Assembly (NCBI RefSeq): GCF_004010195.1 | Contig: NC_057718.1 | Span: 38,618,023 to 38,682,022 of the forward strand | DNA length: 64,000 bases | Source: Chiloscyllium plagiosum | Taxonomy: Eukaryota | Direction: 5' to 3' | Shown here: one piece after another, positions 12,501-25,442 of the stretch | Position numbering within the stretch: position 1 is the first letter of the stretch | Layout: every line of letters starts with the position of its first letter | The notes under the pieces: model-generated | What the model saw: only the letters and a program-made list of their open reading frames with translations | Database searches by the model: none | Told to the model about the DNA's origin: nothing | Made by a program: the position numbers and the translations under genes

Positions 12501-15500
12501 TTAAAATTAGAAACTGTTAAGGGCATAATTGATTTTTCCACTGAGAAATAAATATTAGACTACTTATATTTTGGAACATTAACCAAAGCTATGACATATG
12601 TAAACAGAAATGGGCTATTTTAAAATAGTCTTGTATGTTTTTCTCTTTCTTTTACACATACAGACAACTCATTTAGTTTTTTTTTACAAAACCTTTGCTC
12701 AAAGAAAACGTTTGCAATTTGTCCTCTAGATTTTCTTCAAATAATTTTTTTAAGCAACCAAATAAATGTTGTTGAAAGTTGATGACAGATGTTTCATCAA
12801 TGCAGGTGGCTAAATGCTGTTAGGAAATTATGCTTGCTACATATTGTCAGACAGTAATATCTGCCTTCAGTTAACAGTCATAGCTCTGTGCAAAAATATC
12901 AAGCTGAAGAACAGGCTTTTTAAAAACATAAAGTATACTTCAGTGGATATAGTTAAACATTGCAAAAATATGTATTTTAAATTCTATTTTAAAGCATAAA
13001 TTTCAATTACTGTTTTAAAAAAAGATAGTACTTAAAACATTTGTTTATTTCACCATTTTCTAAACGCTAAAGGTAAATCTTCCAGTCCTTTAGAATTGAT
13101 TGTTTCCTTTATTCGTTGGTTGAGTTTCATCTGGAGATTTTTTTTGTTTTTTTTTACCATACTTTTAGATTGTGCATTTCTTACTTTTTAGTCAGAATTA
13201 GCTGCAGTTATAACAATGAATCAGTTAATAAATATGATTTTCTATTATAATTGTTGACATTATTTCAATTATTGTATGGATGTTTGTGTTGGGGTTTCTA
13301 GATGTCAACGTGATAAACTTTGCCTCAGGTTTGTGAAAATAATGTGTAATGCATCCATGAATGTACACCAGACCCACTTTTATAATTATTTTTTGATCAA
13401 TCTGGTCAGACATGTTATGACATACATCCAGAGCAGATGGGACTTGCACTTTCTTGCCCAGATGTATGCATATCACCACTGCACCAAAAGAGACCTGTAC
13501 TTTCAATGTATGATCTGTAATGACTTTATTGTTGTCCTTCGAATTATTTATATTATCTCCCAGTGCTATATTACTTTGTGCCACCTGCATAATTTGAAAA
13601 GCAATTGGAAAAAAAAGTGTTTAAAAACAGAGAGCTATAAAAAAGATTTTATCTATTAAAGAGAGCTAATAGATGATATATGTGTATCATCTATTAGATT
13701 AAGCATTTTTAATTTTTTTTTGTTATCAGCTTTTGATGCTAGTTTAGGAAGTTTTCAGACAGGAGTGCAGAAAAATATTTGAATTGCTCAATAAGGTTGC
13801 AACAAATATGAAAGATAGACAGGTCAGAGGTTCTGATGTAGACGTGTATAAAGCCTCAGGCAGTAGTTCTGAGGCTTAACAATTGCTAGTAGGTACATGA
13901 AACAAGGGGGTAGCAAATCAGAAGAAGTCCTCAACATTAGTCACCACCTGGAAGTGGGATAGACAGGTAGTCTCAAGGATTAGGTACAGAAGGCTTATCA
14001 GTCAAGATGAGGGAAGGAAATAAGGCTGGTGAAAAGTAAGTGAGCTTTGTCTAGAAGGCTAAATGGAATCATTCAGCCTGAAAGCATTCTGCTACCTTAG
14101 GATCAGATATCAAAATGGGAAGATGGAAGACCTGAACTTACAATGTGAGAAGTGAATGCTAGTATAGGTTTTCTGCTATAATTGTTTTCAGATAAGAATA
14201 AGCAGAATTATGGAAGAAATCAGAATAAGGTTCATATAAATTTGCAAATCCAATTTATTTCTAGAACTCAAAGGTACAGAAGGGACAGTTGACTGATTGT
14301 GTCCATACTGGCGTAATAACAGCTGCCGAACAGAGTATTATTTCCAGCTCTTGCTCCCTAATCCTGTAGGTCACGACTCTTCAAATGTATCCAAGTAGTT
14401 ATTAAGTATGATGAGAATCTCTACTCAATCATCTAAATGGCAATAGCTCCAGACCCCTTAACAAAATTTTCAATTCCATCTAACCCCTCTCCCAATCACT
14501 TGAAATGAAAGCACCTGACCTTTCTGATAAGTGCAATAGATCCCTCCAATCGACTTTATCTTGACCCCTCAGCTTCCTGTCAGCATCAGCCTATCCATTT
14601 TTTCTGTCTAGCTAAAGTTTTCTAGTCCTTGGAAATCTCTATACCCTCTCTCGTGCATCATATCCTTTCTCTAATATACTGGAAATAATGATTTGTGGCA
14701 ATAATGTCTCATTATTACTTGTGAGAAATAAAACAATATTTTCTTTCCCAAAATCTTTCAGTGAGATACAGTAATACAGTATTGTAAAATGCTTATGCAG
14801 TTACTCACTGTAACCATTTTGAATTTCATCATTCATTCTACCAACTGCTTGTTCCAACTGCTACGTGCCTGTGATTAAAGTCTGTTTACTTATTTGGTGA
14901 AAATGTAAAGCACAATACTTTAAATTTAAAGAAAACAAAAAAAAAGACAGTTGACAAATATGTACAATAAGGCGTGGGCAAATCAGCATTGTCTTCTAAC
15001 TTTTTTTTGTTGTGTTCAGTTTAAGAGTCTCATTTTAGAACACCATGGACTTAGAAATGTTCCAGCAGCTAGCCTACTGGCTATTCTCCATCTGTGTCCC
15101 TCAGTATTGGGTTAAGAGTTTTTGATAAATCTTCACACAAAATGCTGTTCATTTAAAGTCATAGCTACAGGGATTTAGGGCCCTTGGAGTGGATAAGAAA
15201 CCAGCAGTAGGGTAGGAAATGATTACACGTTGAGAGTTATGTTGGAGTGCGTAAACTACCAAGTTAGATGTCTCAGAGCTCAACATTGTAGGCTGCTGTT
15301 GTTCTTAATTTACATAAAGGTTATGGATTACTTTACACCATGAAATATAGCCAATTTTGCAAACTAAGAAGTTACTGCAATTGCACATAACAACTTAGAT
15401 AGTATGGAATGAATTGGACCAATGGGACAAAGTTTTGGATGCTGCCAAGATTGGGAACAGTGGTGGCCAGGACCTGAAAATATAGGTGCTGACCGATGTT

Positions 15501-16808
15501 TCTTAATGAAGCACATACCCAATTTAGGCTCATTGAAAGCCCTGTTAATGATTGTTAAAAGAGGCTGACTGGGATATTCTAACTACCTTCCAGTTTCTTA
15601 GCATAGTGGAACAGTTCAGCTGCCTTGTGCCAGCCTGAGCCTCCTAGCCCACTTAGATATGTGTGCTGGCTGCCAAGTATAGGGATTCTCCCTCCACTAA
15701 TGGTGGCCTGGCTGCTTTATCTATTCTTTTATTTAAAATCTGATTGGCCTTTCACTTTTACGAACCCACCTACAGTTGTTATTAGTTAGGAAACCTACCT
15801 TCATGCCAATTAAGTGGGTGCCCCAGCCAACTAATTATAGAATTGGCAAAAAATCCAATTTGTTCAAGTTTTACCATTGCTGAAATACAGAAGAATTGTT
15901 AGAGATTAACTATAACAGATTCAAAATGATTTTGCATTTAAAAAGTCACAAAATGAAATGTTCTGAAGCATTTAGAGTTTTAACATGGTTGAGCAAATGG
16001 ATTAAGGATAGGTGAGGATGAAATTGGGAACATTATGAGCCAATTCCAATTATTGACTTCCAGACTTTCCAAAGGTGGGACAAGGAACATGTAGGTAATC
16101 AATTTCCAGGAGGAAGATTAGCATTTTAAATACATTAATAGGTCTCACAGCCTCAAATTTAATCTGCTGTGCAGTTTAACCTTGGATGACCAGGTTTCAC
16201 AGGCTTCAGGAAGCTTTACAGCTGCAGCAAGGAGTGGACAGCAACAGGAAGAAGGTGAGTGCCTTCACAGCTCTGCATGTGGGCCAGGAGGAATAGGAGC
16301 ACTCTCTTTCTTGCTCCCCCACCTCTCCAAGTTCCTGCCTATCAGATACACCACCCATACACATGCCTCCAGGACCAGAGTTGGTTATTGGACTGTTCAT
16401 TCCCTCTGCGGTTATGTATGAGACTGTGCCCCTGGGGTCTTCCTTAAGTGTACTTTCCAGCTGACTGGAAGCCAAGCAAACTCACTTTCAGGCAGGAAAC
16501 CTGCCAGGGCCAGAGGACTTGTGCTTTAAGTTAAAATTCCATAGCATGCATGGAGACCTGAATGGCTGGGTTTCTTCTCTTAAACTCTGTCTCATAAACC
16601 CAATCCCCCTTCCCTATCCTGTGCTTCACCAACTCCTGTGCAACTGAAGTTGTTAGTATCCATATCAATATTTCTGTAAATTAAAATGGGTGTCAACTAA
16701 TTACTTGGTTAGTAACATCCCATTCTATCAGTTATTATAGCAATGTAAAATATGTAACTTGTAACAGTATTTTTTTCTTATAAATTTATGATGTTATATT
16801 CTAACTAG

Positions 16809-17086
16809 AACACTGTATTCAGAGGATGAGGAGGACACCCCCACTTGATGAACTTCAACCACCCCCCTATCAGGATGACAACGGATCACCACATCTCTCC
16901 TACACACCATCAGAACTGGATGACAAGTGTGAACTCTCTCATTCCAGTGCAGATTGCAACAGTCCACGTTGTTCATACAGTAAGTGCCCTAGCGAGGGAA
17001 GTGTAGGCCATGAGACAGAGAGCTACCATCACAAAGGATATGAGGAAGATGTTCCCAGCGACAGCACTGCCATCCTCAGTCCAGAG
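16809..17086 (+). CDS. SYT14: Synaptotagmin-14 internal coding exon (linker upstream of the C2A domain)
   Basis: Acceptor ctaactag at 16801-16808 and donor gag|gtaata at 17086/17087. Reads (E)HCIQRMRRTPPLDELQPPPYQDDNGSPHLS...KGYEEDVPSDSTAILSPE, matching my recollection of vertebrate SYT14 (NCIQRMRRTPPLDELQPPPYQDDSGSPHLS...STAVLSPE). Joins in frame (phase 0) to the exon at 43831. Confidence 0.95.
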
Positions 17087-18179
17087 GTAATAGAAATGGA
17101 GGTATCCTCCTGATTTATTGAATAATGTTTTGCTTCAGGTACCCATCATAACTCCGGGAAATGCAATGATTTGCAAACAGATTTAAATACCTCATACTGT
17201 TCTTTTGCATGTGTTCATCCATCTTCAAATTAAGCAAATTTTTACATTTCACACCATCTGTAATGTCTTTCTGTCTATTTCTTTATAAATTTAATCTCCT
17301 CATGCATTTTCAATTTTTAAAGAGATTTCGCTCAGGTAGCAACCAATACCCTTCACCCACTGATTTAAATAACTAAGCAAGAATTTCACAGAAATGTTCA
17401 AAATTATCTTTCGATTGAAATAACGAACAACATTTTTTTTGAAAATGCTTCTACTCTGCCATGTTGTTCTACTGTAAATGCAACAGAAACACAAGACTGA
17501 ATTTTACTGAGAATTGACTAAGTGTCAGTTTTGGAGAATTTCATGGAAGGTGTCTCTCCATGAGCTGTAGTGGGTTTATCTCGCAGTTTTCCATGATCAC
17601 CTCATTGGGTAAACACCAAACTTCTATTGTTTGCTCACCAGTGGTGGACGTATTTGCCACTGCCAGTCTTTCTGGGATTTGTGCTGCCAGTGCCATATTT
17701 AAAGCTCAGACGTGCACTAGGTCAATCACTGCCAATCACCTAAAAGCACATTGGGGATATGAGTGACACTTCATTGGAAATACAAGGTCACATTTGTAAA
17801 TCTATTGTCTAACTATATATTACGTACTCCCTGATCAATTCTCATTGTAAGTGCAGCCAAGAAAATGTAGCGACAGAGGCTATCTGTCCTTAGCAACACA
17901 CCATGTTGGAACCTGTCTGCAGGGCTATAGGGCCCAGCATAGCTTAACATCTTGCCATTGTTTAATGTGGGAGCATCGCATGTGGTAAAGCCATCAAATC
18001 ATTGTTAACATTAAATTATATTAAATAACAGGATAAGAGAAGGGGACACAAACAAAAAAAATGCATTTGTTACTGGGATTAAACAGGTGCTGCTCACCTT
18101 TTAAAAACAACAAATTCACAATCAATAAATGATGATTTCACCCAAATCAGATTGGAATGAGGTGTCTTTTAAGTCCTGC

Positions 18180-19260
18180 CTGGCTTGTTGTGTATGAAAG
18201 TGCATATCTTTAACATGTGTAGGCAATGTTCCTCCCTCTTAATGTCCTCATCTTTCTTCACGGAAGAATAATGTCGCTGTCCCAGCTTTTCAGGATCCAT
18301 TATCCTGTTTGCCTGCTCCGGATACGCAGAGCACAGTATTGAAAGATTATGTGGCACATTCGTCTGGAATGTACTGCAAGCCTGCCCTTTCTCTCCAGAT
18401 TCCAAAATGATCCAATCATCACAATCTGATCTTCAAAAGAATGATGGTCCTTTCCAAAGGCTGTGGTGGAAGAATAGGCAGTATTGGATCTACACTCTGC
18501 CTCAGTCAGTGGGATGTATAACAGAGTTATCTGTCATAAGTTGCAGAGGATAGCTATAATGCCCCACCAGCCATCCTTCTAAAACATCTCGCCCGTTTAA
18601 GTAAAACAGGAACCTGAGAGTTATCAAATATATAAGTATCATGACAGATTCCAGGGTAACTGGGCAGGCCTCTAAGATGTGGAGTTGATGATTAAAGATG
18701 ACTTGTACACTTACCAAGTGAAACCATTTCCTATAGATGTGTTATGATGTGACATCCTCAATGTGACTTGTGTACAGTTAAATTGCTTGCACTTGAGGGA
18801 AGCCTATTGCTCAGTCTGTAGCAGTTGCATCATCACTGGAAATGGGAAGTGGTGCGATCTTGCACAGTTACATTGGTAACAACTTTGATCTATTTGTAGG
18901 TTGAGTACTGAGACACTTGCACAGGTTCTCAATAGATCTTTGGAAGCAGCCAGTTGCATTAAAAAATGGTGCAGCTGTCAACTGATGGCCATTGGGGTAG
19001 GATGGCCACCCACTCCTTCAGATCACATGTCCTGTTTCAGTAGATGGCGCAGTTCTGTGATGGTGTTCCAGAACATTCTCAATCAGTGGTGGTACTGTAC
19101 CTCGCTCATTTGGAGGAAATACTGCACCATCTCAGCATTCTGTGGGGACTTCCATCTGCAACATTTTCATGTGCAGGCTGTTCAACAGCTGCTGGAGGTT
19201 GCTGCTTGTGCTGGGCTCGCTGAAGCATCTATTCTTTGTCTATTTCTTTGCATCTGATAA
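18180..19260 (-). pseudogene. Decayed PIF/Harbinger (HARBI1-like) transposase
   Basis: Frameshifted minus-strand translations give MSEVQY..LRMFWNTITELRHLLKQDM..GGHPTPMA (N-terminal HTH-like region) and LEGWLVGHYSYPLQLMT (compare GWLLGDxGYPLxxWLMTP of the DDE_4 domain). Confidence 0.6.
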
Positions 19261-19454
19261 TACCTGCTGTAGCAGTGTTCATTGGTCATCGTTGCAGTGA
19301 AGCTGTGTGGGGAATATCAGAAACAAAATAGATTCTTAGTGATAGGAGCAATTTGCATTCTCATCACACACAAATGACAGTACTTGATACAGTGGGACTT
19401 TGAAGTCTATGATGGGGATGGCAATGGCATGCCTGTAAATGAATCTTTGACATA

Positions 19455-21170
19455 GTTCTTTTATTCACTCATGGGGATATGGGCCTCACTGGCTGGACAA
19501 ACATTTATTGTGTATCCCTACTTGCCCTTGAGAAAGCAGAGTTGAAATGTCTCTTGAGCCAGTGCAATCCACTTGCTGTATGTACATCCACAATGCCATT
19601 AGGGAGGAAGTTACAAGATGTTGATCCAGCAGCACTGAAGGAATGGTGATATATTTCTAAATCAGAATGATGTGTGATTTGAAGAGAAACTTGCTGGTGA
19701 AGGTGCTCCCATGTTACATTTTGGGCATTGTCTGCTTTAGTATCCGAGGAGTCTCAAATGATGCTGAACATTTTGCAGCAAACACCCCACTTCTGACCTC
19801 ATGATAGAGGTAATTTATGACGTAGCTGTAGCTGGTTGAGCCTCCTGAAGACTACCCTGAAGAACTCCTGCAGAGATGTCCTGGATTTGAGATGACTGAC
19901 GTCCAACAACAACCATCTTCGTTTGTACCAGATATGAAGTTTGTCCCCCGATTCCTATTGACTCCAGATTTACTAAAGTTCCATGATGTCACACGTGGTC
20001 AAATGTGGCCTTGATATCAAGAGAAGTTATTGTCACTACACCTTTGGAATTCAGCTCTGTTGTCCATACTCGGAGCTGAGTGGCCCTGGCAATAGCCAAA
20101 TTGAGCATCAATAAGCAGGTTATTGTGAAGCAAGAGCTGCTTGAAGACATATTTGATGACACCTTCCATCACTTTACTGATGACCAAGAGTAGACTGATG
20201 GGGCAGTAATTGGCCAGATTAGATTTTTCCTACTCCTTCCATACAGGACATACCCGGGCAATTTTCCACATGGTCAGGTCAATGCCAGGGGAAGTGATGG
20301 CCTGGTGGTATTATCTGGGGACCTGAGTTCAAATCCCACCATGGCAGACCTTGGAATTCTAATTGAATTTTTTAAAAATCTGAAATTTGGAGTCTAATGA
20401 TGACCATTAATCCATTGTTGATTGTTGGCAAATTCATCCGGTTCATTAATGTCCCTAAGGGAAGGAAACTGACATCCTTACCTGGTATGGTGTACATGGA
20501 ACTGCAGGCTCACAGCAATGTGATTGACTTTTAACTGCCCTCTCAGCAATTAAGGATGGGCAGTAAATGATGACCTAGCTAGTGACACCCTCATTCTGTG
20601 AATGAATCTTTTAAAAAATGCCATGTTGAAGCTTTACTGGAACAGCTTGGCAAGGATTGTGCCATGTTCCAGAACACAAATCTTCAGTATATTGCCAGAA
20701 TGTTGTATGGGCCCATAGCGTTTGCAGTATACAGTACCTTCAGCCATTTCTTGGTATCAAACAGGGTCAATCAAATTGGCTGAAGGCTGACCTTTGAAGG
20801 AGGCCTAAGTGGATCAAACACTTGGCACTCTGCATGAAGACTGTAACAAATGCTTTAGTCTTATATTTTGCACTGTTGTGCTGGGCATCCCCATTACTGA
20901 GGATGGCGATGTTTGTGGAGAAGCTGCTATAGTGAGTCATTTAATTATGTACCACCATTCAAACCTAGATGTGGCAGAACTGCAGTGCTTAAATCTGATT
21001 TGTTGGTATGGAGTCACTTAGATTTGTCAACCACTTACTACTTACACTGTTTGGCAGCATGTAGACCTGTTTTCTAGTGTCAGCAGATCAATACATTGTT
21101 TTTAGATATGCCTGGTGCTACTGCTGGCATGTCCTTCTTCATTCTTCATTGAACTGGGGTTGATCCCCTC
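19455..21170 (-). mobile_element. Decayed family-B LINE, interrupted by a SINE at 20288-20618
   Basis: Same 3' tail (tttattcactcatggggatatggg...cactggctgg...catttattg) and internal similarity to 7512-9530. Confidence 0.75.
20288..20618 (+). mobile_element. tRNA-derived SINE sharing its 3' tail with the family-B LINE
   Basis: A-box-like tggcctggtgg and B-box gagttcaaatccc. Tail gcaattaaggatgggcagtaaatg...tgaatgaat plus an A-run. Flanking direct repeat aatgcca. Confidence 0.8.
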
Positions 21171-21430
21171 ACAGACTGAACTTGTCAATCGTGGTGATAC
21201 CCTGGCCTTAATGTTTCTTTCGTCCTTGCAATCTCTGTTAAATGAATCAGATTTGAGTTTTCACACATTCCCTGTGAACTATTTCATGTGAGTCTTTATT
21301 TCCCCTCTTTACTTCCTGAACTCCAGATCTACATCATCATTCTGCCAGCCATTATGATGCTCTACCCCTCCATTGAAGCCAGGCTGATAGTAACCATTGA
21401 TGCTGTAATTCATAATGTCCAATTCTGTAT

Positions 21431-23830
21431 TAGAATCATAGAGACGTACAGCATGGAAACAGACATTCAATTCAACCAGATATCCTAATTTAATCTATTT
21501 GCATTTACCAGCATTTGGCCCATATCCCTTAAAATCCTTCCTATTCATATACCTATCTAGGTGCCCTTTAAATGTTGTAATTGTACAAGCCTCTACCACT
21601 TCCTCTAGCAGTTCATTCCATACACGCACCACCCTCTGTGTGAAAAAGATGGCACAAAGGTACCTTTTAAATCTTTCCCCTCTCACCTTAAACCTATGCT
21701 GACTAGTTCTGGATTCCCCCACCCCAGGAAAAAGATCTTGACTAGTCACCCTATCCATGCCCTTCATAATTTTATCAACTTGTATAAAATCACTCTTCAG
21801 CCTCCGACATTCCAGAACAAATAGCACAAGCCTATTCAGCTTCTCCCTTTAGCTCAAACCCTCCAACCCTGGGACCAGCCTTTAAATCTTTTCTGAACCC
21901 TTCCAAGTTTCAGAACATCTTTCCTATAGCAGGGAGACCAGAATTGTATACTTAAGAGAGAAATCAGGAGGGCAAAAAGGGACATGAGATATGGAGAATC
22001 CAAAGGGTTCGTACGAATACATTAAGGACAAAAAGGGTAACTAAGGAGAGAATAGGGCCCCTCAAAGATCAGCAGGACGGCCTTTGTGTGGAGCTGCAGG
22101 AGATGGAGGACATACTAAATGAGTATTTTGCATCAGTAATTACTGTAGAAAATGACATGGAAGATATAGAATGTAGGGAGATGGATAGTGACATCTTGAA
22201 AAATGTCCATATTACAAAGGAGGAAGTGCTGGATGTCTTGAAACGCATAAAAGTGGATAAATCCCCAGGACCTGATCAGATAGTCAACATAGCTTTGTGC
22301 ATGGGAAATCATGTCTCTCAAAATTCATTGAATCTTTTGAAGAAGTAACAAAGAGGATTGATGAGGGCAGAGTGGTAGATGTGATCTATATGGACTTCAG
22401 TAAGGCATACAACAAGGTTCCCCATGGGAGACTGGTTAGCAAGGTTAGATCTTATGGAATACAGGGAGAACTAGCCATTTGGATACAGAACTGGCTCAAA
22501 GGTAGAAGACAGAGGATGGAGCTGGAGGGTTGTTTTTCAGACTGGAAGCCTGTGATCAGTGGAGTGCCACAAGGATCGGTGCTGAATCCATTACTTTTCA
22601 TCATTTATATAAATGATTTGGATGTGATCATAAGAGGTATAGTTAGTAAGTTTGCAGATGACGCCAAAATTGGAGGTGTAGTGGACAGTGAAGAAGGTTA
22701 CCTCAGATTACAATGTGATCTTGATCAGATAGGCCAATGGGCTGAGAAGTGGCAGATGGAGTTTTATTTAGGTAAATATGAAGTGCTGCATTTTGGGAAA
22801 GCAAATCTTAGCAGGACTTATACACTTAATGGTAAAGTCCTAGGGAGTATTGCTGAACAAAGAGACCTGGGAGTGCAGGTTCATAGCTCCTTGAAAGTGG
22901 AGTCGCAGATAGATAGGATAGTGAAGAAGGTTTTTGATATGCTTTCCTTTATTGGTCAGAGTATTGAGTAGAGGTGTTGGGAGGTCATGTTGCAGCTGTA
23001 CAGGACATTGGTTAGGCTACTGTTGAAATATTGTGTGCAATTCTGGTCTCCTTCCTATCAGAAAGATGTTGTGAAACTTGGAAGGGTTCAGAAAAGATTT
23101 ACAAGGATGTTGCCAGGGTTGGTGGATTTGAGCTATAGAGAGAAGTTGAATAGGCTAGGGCTGTTTTCCTTGGAGCGTCGGAGGCTGAGGGGTGACCTTA
23201 CAGAGGTTTATAAAACCATGAGGGGCATGGATAGGATAAATAGACAAAGTCTTTTCCCTGAGGTGGGGGAGTCCAGAACTAGAGGGCATAGGTTTAGGGT
23301 GAGAGGGGAAAGACATAAAAGAGACCTAAGGGGCAACATTTTCATGCAGAGGGTGGTATGTGTATGGAATGAGTTGCCAGAGGAAGTGGTGGAGGCTAGT
23401 ACAATTGCAATATTTAAAAGGCACCTGGATATGAATAGGAGGGGTTTGGAGGGATATGGGCCAGGTGCTGGCAGGTAAAACTAGATTGGTATATCTGGTC
23501 AGCATGGACTGAAGGGTCTGTTTCCGTGTTGTACATCTCTATGACTGTATAACTGAATGCAGAATTACAAAAGTGACCTAACCAATGTCCTGTACAACCA
23601 CAACATGTCTTCCCAATTCTTATATTCAATGCACTGACTAATAAAGGTAAGCATACAAAATGCCTTGTTCATCATCCTGTCTACCTGCGACTGCACTTGC
23701 AATGATCTATGAACCTGCACTCCAAGGTTCCTTTGTTTGGCAACACTCCCTTATCGTTAAGTGTGTAAGACCCGTCCAGATTTGCCCTTCCAAAATGTAG
23801 CTCCTCAAATGTATCTAGATTAAACTCCAA
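21431..23830 (-). mobile_element. CR1 3' fragment split into 21431-21947 and about 23555-23830 by a + strand CR1
   Basis: Tail tagaatcatagagacgtacagc at 21431. Sequence breaks at ccagaattgta and resumes at aaaagtgacctaaccaatgtcctg, which is contiguous in the copy at 47255-47300. Confidence 0.85.
21948..23552 (+). mobile_element. 5'-truncated CR1 LINE (RT domain to 3' tail) with an internal deletion
   Basis: ORFs 22297-22971 (YMDFSKAYNKVPH, GVPQGSVL, SKFADD) and 22987-23478; 3' tail ctctatgactgtataact. Confidence 0.93.
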
Positions 23831-23871
23831 CTGCACTCCTCTATTCTCTCCCTTCCTTAGGTGTTGAGATT

Positions 23872-24720
23872 TCTTTTTATTTTATTCACGAAATGTGGGC
23901 CTTGCTGGCTGCACCAATATCTATTCTGCACATCCTTAGTTACCCTTGAGAAAATGGTTGTGAGCTGCTTTATTGTGCCACTGAAGTCCAATGCTGTTAG
24001 GGAGTGAGTTCCCTGAATTTAACCCAGTAACACTGAAGAAATGACTATTTAGCTCCAAGTATGGATGCTGTGTGACTTGGAGGGGAATGCGCAGGTAGTG
24101 ATGTTCCTACATATCTGCTGCCCTTGTACTTCTAGATGGTAGTGGGTTTGGAGGTTGCTGAATAAAGAGTCTTGGTGAACTTCTCCAGTTCTTCTTGTAG
24201 ATGGTATGCATTGCTGCTACTGGTGTTGGTGGTGGTGGTGGGAGTGAATGTTTGTGAAGGTAAATCAAGCCAGCTGTATATCTCAGTGTTGTTGGAACTG
24301 CACTCATCCGGCAAGTGGGCATTATTGACATACGTCTTGTAGATAATGGACAAGCTTTGGAAAGTCAGGAGGTGAATTATTAGCTGCAAAATCCCAAACA
24401 TCTGACCTCCTCTTATCACCACAGTACTTGTACACTCAAATATAGAGAATGCTGGGGAAATTCAGCAGATCTGACAGCATCTGTTGAGAAAAAAATAGAG
24501 TTAACATTTTAGGTCCAGAATGACTACTTCCGAACTGCTGAGTTTCTCCAGCGTTCTCTCAGTTTGTTTCAGATTTCCAGCATCTGCAGTATTTTGCATT
24601 TATTCAAGTACCTATATAGCTAGTTAATTTCAGTTTCTAGTTAATACGATATTAACGGTTAGAGTCTCTCTCTTGTTGAAGATGGTCATTGCCTAGCATG
24701 TGTGACCCTTGACTGATCTC
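23872..24720 (-). mobile_element. Decayed family-B LINE 3' fragment, interrupted at about 24437-24605 by a Penelope-derived fold-back element
   Basis: Shared tail and similarity to 27525-28640. The insert has arms agagaatgctggggaaattcagcag / ctgctgagtttctccagcgttctct. Confidence 0.7.
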
Positions 24721-25404
24721 TGTGGAGTTCTCTGGTTGACGTACTGCTAAACCTCAGACTGGTTGCACTGGACCTGCAGAATCAACTGTGGCCCCCCCTC
24801 CCCAGATTGTAATGATATGGAACCCCTGACCTAACACACCCCAAGTTGACAACAGACCATGGCCAAACTCCTGGACTGAGATCAGACAATGTCTTTGACT
24901 GACTGCAGCTGAACCACCTGACAGACAATAGTTCCCTTTGATGTGACTGAGAACTATTCCCTTTATACCTTGAGACATGATCATTTGGTTGAACCAAATT
25001 CAATTTGTTTGCCATGTAAGTTGCTGGCATGTACTACCAAGTTCAACATTCACATAGCATGGTGTCGTGCAGCAACACGTCCATCCCCTTAACCAATTTC
25101 AACCTGGCAAGCTGCCTGGTTTTGTGTCTGCAGTAAAGGCAAGGTAAAACACAAGGACTGTAAGCCTGTAAGGTATAAAAGATGCAGCTTTGGGCAAAAA
25201 GGTAAGGCAAAGGTGCTATGAGTGTCCAAGTAGGCATAAGGTAAGTGAGGACAAGAGAGCAAACTAAAAGCGCTGTGATGCTCCCGCTGCTGTAATGGGC
25301 CAGATTTGTGAGGTAAAAACAATGACTGCAGATGCTGGAAACCAGATTCTGGATTAGTGGTGCTGGAAGAGCACAGCAGTTCAGGCAGCATCCAAGGAGC
25401 AGCG

Positions 25405-25442
25405 AAATCGATGTTTCGGGCAAAAGCCCTTCATCAGGAATA
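25405..25442 (-). ncRNA. Minimal type I hammerhead ribozyme-like motif in the Penelope arm
   Basis: Minus strand: ttc CTGATGA a GGGC TTTT GCCC GAAAC ATC gattt. Confidence 0.65.

Noticed and set aside
13225..13659. Overlapping antiparallel 121- and 127-aa ORFs
   Set aside because: No recognisable domain, and no splice or codon evidence; consistent with chance.
16826..17113. ORF track 95-aa ORF as a standalone gene
   Set aside because: It is an internal SYT14 exon; similarity starts before the ATG and ends at the GT donor at 17087.
20288..20345. tRNA genes at A/B-box motifs
   Set aside because: These are SINE heads with no complete cloverleaf.
22297..23478. RT ORFs as a retron, DGR or domesticated RT
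   Set aside because: Ordinary CR1 ORF2 with an in-frame stop, an internal deletion and many paralogous fragments in the window.
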